The notes beneath the pieces are model-generated. The model searched no databases. It saw only the letters and a program-made list of their open reading frames with translations, and was not told where the DNA came from. Made by a program: the position numbers and the translations under genes. DNA of 64,000 nucleotides from Okamejei kenojei (taxonomy: Eukaryota), in NCBI GenBank assembly GCA_035221665.1, contig CM069164.1, forward strand, positions 13,268,001 to 13,332,000. The letters run 5' to 3'. The first letter of the stretch is position 1. Every line of letters starts with the position of its first letter. Shown here one piece after another: positions 13,401-57,500 of the stretch.

Positions 13401-15171
13401 TGAACATCTATGGGAATTACTTTTTTAAGTGTGTTTTGCTATGCACAAGGTGAAGAAACTATAACCTCTGCCACACAGCTTCAATATTGAGTATGAAAAT
13501 ACAGATTCTTCTCCAGTGATGCTCGTTTAACCTAATATATCTCAGTCCTGATTTTGGGCAAGGAATCTTTGCTGCACCCCTTCAATATCTTACGTTCTTA
13601 AAAGAGGCTTGGAGCATTATTGTGGCCAATGGACTTGACCATCCGCTGGGATAAAGGCCAGGCGATTCTTCCCTCCAGTGGCAAGGTGAGGAACTGACCT
13701 CATCGGTGAGAGGGGTGGTGGAAGGTGACAGGCTCTGTGATTGGCCACTGCTGATCCAGTCATCTCCCATCCAAAAAATGTTGGGTTCTAGCGTGACACC
13801 CGTCACTGTTGGTCTTGGCATCTGACAACCTGTCCAAACCTTACTATTTTCAAAGCCCCCCTCCTCTGCGTATGCACTCCACAATTTTTCCGCTCTTGGA
13901 ATTCACCCTCTGATCATCCCGTTTTTAGTCACTTCACAAATGACCACCATGCCTTCAGCTTTCCGAGTTCTATAATTCCTTCACTAAAGCGAACTACAAA
14001 AAAAAAATCTAGCTGTTCTTGCACATGAATCACAAAAACATCCACTAATGGTCCTATAAAACCAAGTGACCATTTAGTTATGTGACGGGTATGAAATGAA
14101 TGGAACCCGTTTGTTGCCGGCTTTCCAATGGGTTAATCTGATCCCATTCCCTGTTTTCGGGTTAGAACAACATTTGTGGTTTTGTGCGTAACTCTTTCAG
14201 GGAGTCCACAGGAAGTTTTTCTAATTCATTGCTTGCGACTACTTTCCATCGCCAGTGGGTCTCCATATTATCCATGATTAAGTCTGACAGCTGGAATAGC
14301 AACCTGTGCCCAAATGATTCATCAGATAGAACAAAGGAGCAAATCAAACCTCACTGCCCACACAGTGGCGTCTTCATGGGTCGTTCTGACAATGTTTTGG
14401 AGAAGTTTTGTTTTCTTTTCTTGAACTTCCACAGCTGTTTTATGGATCTTTGTAAGATATTGCTCTTATCCTCAGATTTCATACATGGGTGGTGCGGGGA
14501 GTGGGCGGAGAGGCAGTGTCTGATATTAAATCATGCAGGGGCATATTGCTCACCGCTTGCTACTGACCAGGCACCAAGCAGATGAGCAAAGTACTTGGAC
14601 TTCACACAAGATTCATTATTCCACTGAAACCTCAAAAAGGCAGATTTTCTGAAGGTGCATTAGCAAAGCCAATGACATCTCACAATGGGTCTATTGTGTA
14701 AAATGTACAGCATGGCTTGGTCTCATCCTGATGTTCTGAGGCCGAGTTACCAAGCATCTTGTGGGATAATGCGAGAAGCAATATTAATAATAGATATACC
14801 ATCTTATGGTGGTATAAGTGATTGAAGATGCTGGAGACAAAAAATCAAAAGCAGCTGGAGAAACTCGACAGAAGGAAATGGACAGTTCTTCAGATTAAGA
14901 CCCTTTATACTCTCTCCTCCTGTATGCCAAGTGACATTCCTCAGCAGGCAGCTACTGATGACTTGACACAGTAACGTGGCACTGAGCTTGCTTCCTCTTG
15001 ATGAGTCCTCTCCAAAGATGGATGAGGAGTCTGAAATGCTAATTCACATTCTTTCTCCACAGATGTTGCTTGACCTGCTGAGTGTCATAGCTATCGTATG
15101 AAATTCCTACCTAATTTATCAGATACAGCACTGATGTTTCCCCCGCCTACAATATTCCACACCAGGGAACA

Positions 15172-15478
15172 AAGGCTTAAAATAAGGGGTCGGCCATTCA
15201 GAGGTGAGAAGAAATATCTCTGCCCAAGGAGTAACTTTTTCACACAGAGGGAGGTGGGTGTATGGAACAAGCTTCCAGAGGAGGTCGTTGAGGCTGGGAC
15301 TATCCCATTTTTTAAGAAACAGTTGGACAGGTACATGGATAGGATAGATTTGGAGGGTTATGGACCAAGCGCAAGCAAGTGGGGCTAGAGTAGCTGGGAC
15401 ATTGTTGGCCGGTGTGGGCGAGTTGGGCCAAAGGGCCTGTTTCCACACTGTATCACTCTATGCCTTTATGACTCTCTA
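15172..15478 (+). mobile_element. CR1 (HER1-like) LINE 3' end
   Basis: RLKIRGRPFRG...NFFTQREVGVWNKLPEEVVEAG...LDRYMDR; tail GGGCCTGTTTCC...(ACTCTATG)n shared with the V-SINE tails. Confidence 0.85.
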
Positions 15479-17516
15479 AGGAGAAGATCTTTGTAATTCT
15501 TTACCCTAAAGGACTGTGAAGGCTCAATCACTGAGTACATTTGAGAGATATATTGATTTTTAGATATTAGAAGTAGAAACAAGGAATTGTGGATTCTGGA
15601 GTAACTCAGCGGGTGAGACAGCATCTCTGGAGAACATTGACAGGTGGTGTTTCACCCTCCTTGAGACTGATTTATAGGTGAGGGTTCAGGTTGGGAACCT
15701 TCTTCAGACTGATTGATAGGTGATGTTTTGGGATCTTTAAAATGATGAAAGGGATAGACAGAGTTGACGTGGATAAGTTTTTCCCATTGAGGGTCTGAAG
15801 AAGGGTCCCGACCTGAAACATTATCTATCCATGTTCTCCAGTGATGCTGCCTAACCCGCCGAGTTACTCCAGCAATTGTATCAACTTTTAAATATCAATA
15901 AATCAAGAAATTAGAGGTTTGGGCAAAAAAAAATGGAACTGAGCAAAAGGAGAAAGCATGATGAACAGACCCAGATATAAAATGTTTCTCTCTTGCTGCC
16001 TGACCTGCTGAGTGTTTCCAGCATTTTCTTTTTTTCCCCCAAATTATCAGCATCTGCAGTTTATTAATTTCCATCGTATTAAATGAGGGGGCAGACACAA
16101 GCAGGAAATGGCCTTCTCCATGCTTTTATTTCTCATGTTTTTATCTGATTATTACTATATTGTTGTTTGCATTTCCAAATTGCTACTATGTTTCCCCGAT
16201 AACAACAGTAGAAATCAAAGATCTTTGGTAGAAAGGCAGGTGAAATGTACTCTAATTTTGTGAATGGGATTCCTATACCACCGTTGTCCACCCGAGGACA
16301 GCAGTGAGCCAAGACAAGTGCAAATGAGTCATTTGGAAATAAATTAAATTGCACTGGAAACATCATTGAAATTAAATTAGAAGCGAAAGAAACTTAAATC
16401 AGCAATTATGCAAATGTTGCAGAGATAAATACAGAGCAGGGAATTAATTAGGCACACCTTGATAAATGGTAAGGATGATTAAATCATTGAACGAGAACAT
16501 GAACTATATGGAGGGCTACAGCCATAAATTTTAAATTAGAATTAACTTAAATAACAACATCAAATTAACTTAAGAGGATAAGAAAAAAAAGGAGCAGGAA
16601 TAGGCTATTCAATCCTTCTAGCCTAGCCCACCATTCACTTTGATCATGGCTGTATCTGTCCCATGGCTCATCTGCTCTTCTGGACCAGCTCTCAATTCCC
16701 TGAGCTTCCAAATATTTATCTACCTTCTCTTTGAATATCCAAATGATTTAGCCTTCACAGCCCTCCAGGGTGGAGAATTCCAGAGATTATGGAAAGCGAT
16801 ATCTAGGCAGATGTCAACATCTCCTTACCCAGGTAGAAAGAAACTGGCCAATCGATATCTGTAAGTCTCTTGTGTCTCCAGACAACTCAGTTGTCCAGAT
16901 TGAGACCTCTTCACTGCCATGGTCACCAAGGCATGGTCCACTCCAGGTGTTTTGTGACACACTCAGACGCCTGAGCGATTTTTCTGTATGTCTTCTAACA
17001 ATTGCTCTAAACTCTTTGCCTTGACCACATAACCACTTTTGGGCAGGTCTTGCCGAGTCATATCTGAACCACATCTAACTTTCTGTGCCTTACTTGGATG
17101 TCTATCGTCACAAACTGCAATATCGTCACTAGTTCCCTTGAAACCCTGGCCCACGATCGCTCAGTGTAGACGGAGCATTCGGATAGTGTGGAGAGCCTGA
17201 TATTCATGGATTGGGAGTACACATGTCCTGTAATAAGCAGACTGAAAAAGGATCTCGACCCAAAACGTCACCTATTCATTGTCCCCAGAAATGCTGCTTG
17301 ACCCACTGAGTCACTCCAGCATTTTGTGTCTAATTATCAGTCTGAAGAAGGATGTTGAGCCGAAACATCACCCATTCCTTCTCCCCAGAGATGCTGCCTG
17401 GCCCGCTGAGCTACTCCAGCATGTTGTGTCTATCTTCAGTGTAAACCAACATCTGCAGTTCCATCCTACACACTTCCAAACCCCTTTCATGGTTTAATCT
17501 CGGATTTGGGACTTGA

Positions 17517-18068
17517 AGGGGAGGAGGGGTGAAGGGTGGAGGTGGGGGAGCGAGGAGGGGGAAGGGGAGGGGGAGGAGAAAGGTGAGGGGGAGGAGGAGG
17601 GGGAGGGGCAGGGAAAAGGAGGAGGGGTAAGGGGAAAGGGGAAGGGGCAGGGGAAGGGTAGAGGGGGCAGGGGAGGGAGNNNNNNNNNNNNNNNNNNNNN
17701 NNNNNNNNNNNNNNNNNNNNNNNNNNNNNNNNNNNNNNNNNNNNNNNNNNNNNNNNNNNNNNNNNNNNNNNNNNNNNNNNNNNNNNNNNNNNNNNNNNNN
17801 NNNNNNNNNNNNNNNNNNNNNNNNNNNNNNNNNNNNNNNNNNNNNNNNNNNNNNNNNNNNNNNNAGGGAAGGGGGGGAGGGGAAAGGAGGGGGAGGGCAA
17901 AGGGGGGGAGGAGGGGCGGGGAAGGGGGAGGGAAAGGGGGGAGAGGAGGAGGGTAGGGGAGGAGGGGAGGGGGGGGGGATGGGGGAAAGGGGATGGGGGA
18001 AGCGGGGAGGGAGGAAGGGGATGGAGGAGGAAGGGGGGAGGAGGGAGGAGGGAGGTGGTGGTGGAGGA
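17517..18068. repeat. Polypurine G/A-rich low-complexity tract containing assembly gap 17680-17864
   Basis: Almost pure G/A sequence with many G3+ runs on both sides of an N-run. Confidence 0.9.
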
Positions 18069-18074
18069 ATTTGC

Positions 18075-18206
18075 CCAATCAAGAGACTGATACAATGACT
18101 GACATCAGACTGTCCAATGACCATAGGGAGAGGAGGCGGGCCGTGCGTGTGGACCAATAGGGCGGCGGCAACGCGGGAGCTGCCAATGCGAGGCGCGGGA
18201 TTTGAA
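18075..18206 (+). promoter_or_regulatory. KIF23 G2/M-type promoter: four CCAAT (NF-Y) boxes, GC box and CDE/CHR
   Basis: CCAAT at 18075, 18114, 18154 and 18183; GAGGCGGG about 18133; GGCGCGGGA followed by TTTGAA at 18201-18206; CpG-rich; about 90 nt upstream of the ATG. Confidence 0.85.
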
Positions 18207-18292
18207 CGGGCGGCGGTTGGCGGGCGGGAGGGCGCGCGGAGGCGGCGGCGAGAGACGGAGACAGAGACAGAGAGAGACAGAGAGGGAGCAGC

Positions 18293-52357
<34,065 letters not shown>

Positions 52358-53115
52358 ATGCTGTGTATAAACTTCATTCCGTGAGAGACCTCGAGCAATT
52401 TTGGAAACCGAATACTGCAGGGTAGAGGCTATGCAAAATTTGGCTGCTTCTGATGCCGACATTGCTGTAAAACATTTTGAATTATAACAATAGTAAATCT
52501 TGCTGATATGTATATTAGATAGTTGGTTGTCCCCATTATATCTTTAAAATTATGCATTTTATTTTACGTGGGTCTTTTCTCTTGCATGAGGAAACCGTTT
52601 TATACCTCTCCCATGTAAAATAATCATGATCTTTTGTTGAAATATTTTGAACAATTGATCAGTATCAATGAAAACTTGCATTTTCCAGATTGGCTGCCGT
52701 TACAAAATTTTTTATGAAATTCATCGTTTAAACAGCATCATTCTATTGTGATACTTTTGCTGGCCTACTTTTTTATTAAAAGAAATATAATAATGCATGC
52801 TATATAAAGTTCAAGGCAAACTCTGCATTGATCACCCATCCCTGGATAAATCCTGGTATCTCAGTTTGTGCTGCTGCTATTCAGCTGAGATGATGCACTT
52901 TAGAACAAATCCCTTTGTGTATAAATGCTTGTCCGCATCACGGCAACATCTCTATTCTTGTACTATAATCTTTTTCATGACTTGTTTGGATTTGCTGTAC
53001 ATTATAAACAGTTGAACTATGGATTTTTGTTATAACATCTTTTTATCTCAAGTGTGACTTTTGTAAGTGATTTCCATCATCCCAAATACAAATAGTGAAT
53101 TCATTTTTCATTAAA
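52358..53115 (+). other. Probable KIF23 3' UTR with candidate poly(A) signals
   Basis: AU-rich, repeat-free sequence after the stop; ATTAAA at 52775 and 53110. The true 3' end cannot be determined. Confidence 0.5.
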
Positions 53116-53306
53116 ATTGTTCCTGCCATAACATATGCAGTTTTGTCTTTGATTATTTTTGATCAAATTGGACAGGAGACTTGTGTTTGAAATTTTTTTT
53201 GGACAGAAATTGTAGGCAAATGGGATTAAAAAAAAGGTCATAGAAAATAAAAGGCCAGTGGACAATGTCCAAGCGGAAGAAAGTTGGAGACTACAGAGAG
53301 GGTTGT

Positions 53307-53339
<33 letters not shown>

Positions 53340-53399
53340 GATGAGGGTCAAGAACTCCTTTAGAAGAAAATAAAATGTGACTGGTATGGAAGAAGAACT

Positions 53400-54502
53400 T
53401 GCAATCACGATTGGCCCAAAACTCACTAAAGTGTGGATGCAGGTGTACAAAGGTGAGGCCTCTGCTGAAGGCAGATTGTTGAGTGTCAAAAGCGATAGGT
53501 TTGTGTAGCACTTATGGAAACAGAATGGTAAAATATATATAACAGGAGAGGGACAATCACCAAGGTGCACAGCTGGCAACCTCATGCTCCAAGGTATAGG
53601 TTCTACAGGAGTAATAGAGATAGCGGAAAAAGAGATGAGAGTGTTGGTTGAAAATGTCACCAGTAGTCGGAGATTACATTACTGATGGTTGAACCAGTAG
53701 TCGGAGATTACATTACTGATGGTTGATCCAGTGAGGCTATATATGTAAAGCAGAGATAAAAAAGGGGATGATCACCTTGTTGGGAGTGTACTATAGGCCC
53801 CCAAACAGCCAATGGGAATTAGAAGAGCAAATATGCCAGGAGGTTGCTGGTAGCTTCAAAAGTAATAACATTGTCATAGAGGATTTTAACTTTCCCAATA
53901 TAGCCTGGGAGTGTCCTGGTGTCAAGGGCTTAGATAGGGTGGAATTTGTCAAATGTGTTTGGGAAAGCTTTCTAAGGGATTTGTGGAGGGGCCCCACAGT
54001 GAAAAGGGTAAAGTTTGATCTGCTGCTAGGAAATTGGAACGGGCAAGTGACTGAAGTATCCATGGGCGAGTGTTCTGGGACTAGCGACCACTTTCAATTA
54101 ACTTTAGAGGGCGACCCCACAAGTTAAAACTTTAAATTTGAGCAAGGTCACCTTTGACAGTGCAATCGACTTTAGCAAGTTACTAAGTTGTTTGCATGCA
54201 AAGGATGTCTGGAAAGTGGGATACTTTTAACAGTGTGATGACAAGAGTTCAGGGTATGCGTGTTAGAGTGAAGGGCAAGTCAGCTGAGAGTAAGGAAGCT
54301 TGGATGTAGAGAGAAGATGAGGCACTGGTCAGTCAACGAGGTATGAGACTGGTATCGAAAGCTTGGATCAAGTGCATCACTGGAGGACAGGTGTCGGAGG
54401 TTATGGGGAGAATGGGGTTAATTCTACTATTTGAGGAAATCAGGAAGGTGAAAAGGGAGCAGTGATAGCATTGGCAGATAATATTAAAGAAAATCCAATG
54501 AG
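53400..54502 (+). mobile_element. CR1-clade LINE, APE endonuclease part, interrupted by the DIRS element
   Basis: ORF 53768-54127 LLGVYYRPPNS...EDFNFPNIAW...DLLLGN...SDH; runs to IKENPMRF at the DIRS junction. Confidence 0.88.
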
Positions 54503-57500
54503 ATTTTACTTCGGAGTCACGTGAGTGACTACGTGAAGAACCCGCCTGGCGCTGGCAAACGGCATTACGTCGACGCTGACGGCAGAAGCAGGAGCTGCAC
54601 AGACAGCTCCTCGACAGCGGTAGGTTCGGAACCGGCAGGTAAGTGCTGTTGAAAAAATTTTTTAGGACTAGAAAACTCCGTGCCTGGTGGAAACCAGGAT
54701 TTTAAAGGTTTTAAAAACTAACTAAAAGTTTAAATTAAACAGATATACTCTGTTAAAATAACGGAGTTTTAAAAAGAACGTCCCCAGGGAATACCCAGCG
54801 ATCCGGAAGAGATAATTACGGCCGGTTCCGATACTGGTACCGTTAAAATACGGTAGAAAGGTTTAAATGCTCCACAATTTTGGCAGGATATTTTAAAAGT
54901 CAGAAAGACTGTATTTTTAAAAAGTTAATAAAATTCGCGATATGGAGAAAGTACTCCATAATATAAAAAGAGACTAGGGTCACAGTACCCAAACAGTTCC
55001 CCAAAAAAGACCCTAGGGGCTTGAATGTACTAAAGACCAGGGTCACAGTACCCAAACAGTAAAAAAGACCCTGAGGGGCTTGAATACAAAATATGGCTAT
55101 GTGCCAAATTGAAAAATAAAAACTCTGACCCTGGATAGGGTGGAGGAAGTCTCTTTGGTATAATTCCAAGTGGATCAGGGCTGCAAAAGACAGACCCTGC
55201 AAGTGGTGATGTGAATTATGAATGCACACCACAATAAAATTAAAATAAAAGTGAGGCCAGGTGTGCCTGAGATAGCAAAAGTTTTGCTATATCTAAAGGA
55301 AGTGGTGAGGCTATGGAAAAACCTAGCTGCCTACATTAATTATATGGTATCTCACCAACTTCAAGAATACGATAAAACTTTATGTTTTATTTAAATATCA
55401 ATGGTTAATCCATTTATAAATATCCATGTCTCAAATATATGAGATATAAGAAATACAATTTCAAAGTTTCAAAATGGTGCAAATATGTAATACTTGCAAT
55501 ATAAAATAAATTGCCATTAGTTGTGGAGGTTAATAGGAAGAAATATATATAATTTACCAAATCTGCATCATAGGGTTGCAGATTAATACAAATCAGGATC
55601 TCCTGATTATTATAGAATACCTGCCTTATGATAAATCAAAGATATTAATTACAAAAGAAACAGACCACTGATCTTTAAACTTTGGGAAGGAAAACTATGA
55701 TCCAATAAAAATTTTGATTATGGATCAAAACAAAGACAAAGATCTTTTATCTTACGGTGAAAAAACTATGATCCAATGAAAAATTTGATGATGGATCAAA
55801 ATAAAGGCAGAAGTGGTATTATCCAAACATAGCCTTATCTTAACCTATATAATTGGGGAAAAGAAGGCTTGATGTACGTTGAAGAGGTGCAAACATCTGG
55901 TTACAAAATAAGTCATGAAATCTCCAATTATGGGGGATTACAGGTGTATTATGATGGTTAAAACTTAATATAACTAAGGAGGATTGGTTCACCTGTATAA
56001 GGGGAAAACTGATTTCAGGTTTGCACTCAAAAGTAAATTTTAAAAAGAAGGGGAACGTACATGTATATTATAAAATTACCTTAGTGTAAAGATTCATGGT
56101 ATTAAAACCATACAATAATATCATTATTTACACTTTCACAGTGTAAGAAAATAGAAACATCTAGAACATGGAAAACTGTTGTGATTAACAAAGTGTTAAT
56201 CAATATTACAGGTGCTTGAAATTAATTAAAGTGGGTCAAGCTGTGCAAGTTAAAACTTGTCCAAACAATCAATCAGTTCAAGTTGTTAAACTGAACACTG
56301 AAGGAACAATATACTGATAAAAGATCAGCACTTGCACTAATGAGGTACATGGTATGGGTTATCTCGATTACATTTAAATTAGAAGAAATAAAGAGCAGCT
56401 GCAAATTAGTGCCTGCCATTACAAACCTGGTGGGAGGTAGGACTTGACCCATTACATAAAGCATATGCTCAGGCATTAATAAAATATTTTTAAATTACTA
56501 TTCTGAATTCAGGAGTAATTTAAGCACCATAAGAGTGGGGAAAATTGTTCCATGATACAAATATGTATTATTGTTGTTGACATACTTTGTTCCTCCATTA
56601 GGTTAGGGGAAAATATAAATAAAGTTCCAAAAGAAGGAATACAGAAGCTTATAGAATATGTATGCCTTGTGAAGAGGCTTATGCAAAATATCAAATGATA
56701 CGTTATCATTATTAGTAATGTAAAAAAGATTCATAAGCTGCTTCAACTATAAAATTACAACTGAAGCAAGTGTTACAGATGATGTACAGCTTCTGTGAAT
56801 GTTTGGGTAAAGATAAGAATATTATCTATTCTTATAACAATAATTGTACCAGGCAAACATAAATGGTTTGTCCTAAGAATTTTCCAAACATTCGTATTAA
56901 TTGTTGAAGTATAAGGAGTTATGGATAAAAAGATCGATTGTTTTATTATGGAACTGTCCATGTCGTATCAAGATGAACAATACCACGGCTGTGGCATATG
57001 TTAACTATGGTCAAATTTGGGAGGAAAATATATTGTCATTATTTTGCATACTTACGATTAATCTGGTTGTATACAGATTAAATCACTGATTTTAAATATT
57101 TCTTGTGGGTCACAAGATAAGTCAAACAACAATTATGGGATTATCTAAGTAAACAGATGTGGTATGTTTTAAAGTTAGTCCACTTGTTTATCTCTAAGGA
57201 AGAGACAATGGTATCGGAAGAGAACAAATTTGGGAAGAAAAACATATTGTCATTAATATGGATTACTTACGATTAATCTGATTGCATACAGATTAAATCA
57301 CTGATCTTTCGAATATTCTTGTGGGTAATCTAAGAACAGTGAAGGTGGATGCTTTTCTCCAAATTACATGAGGAAAAGATTCTTTGTGTTCCTCATTTTT
57401 GTTTAATAGGGCAGTGTCTGATGAATATGTAGCAGGACACTGCCAGAGGCATTTTGGTGGCCCAATATGGGTCCTTTATGGTTCATTTATATTGTGTGAT

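Noticed and set aside
17411-18157. Long proline- or glycine-rich ORFs (up to 248 aa)
   Set aside because: Produced by the polypurine tract and the N gap.
53660-53732. 34-nt tandem duplication; also a 17-nt one at about 44424-44457
   Set aside because: Two-unit local duplications without spacers; not CRISPR-like and with no evident function.
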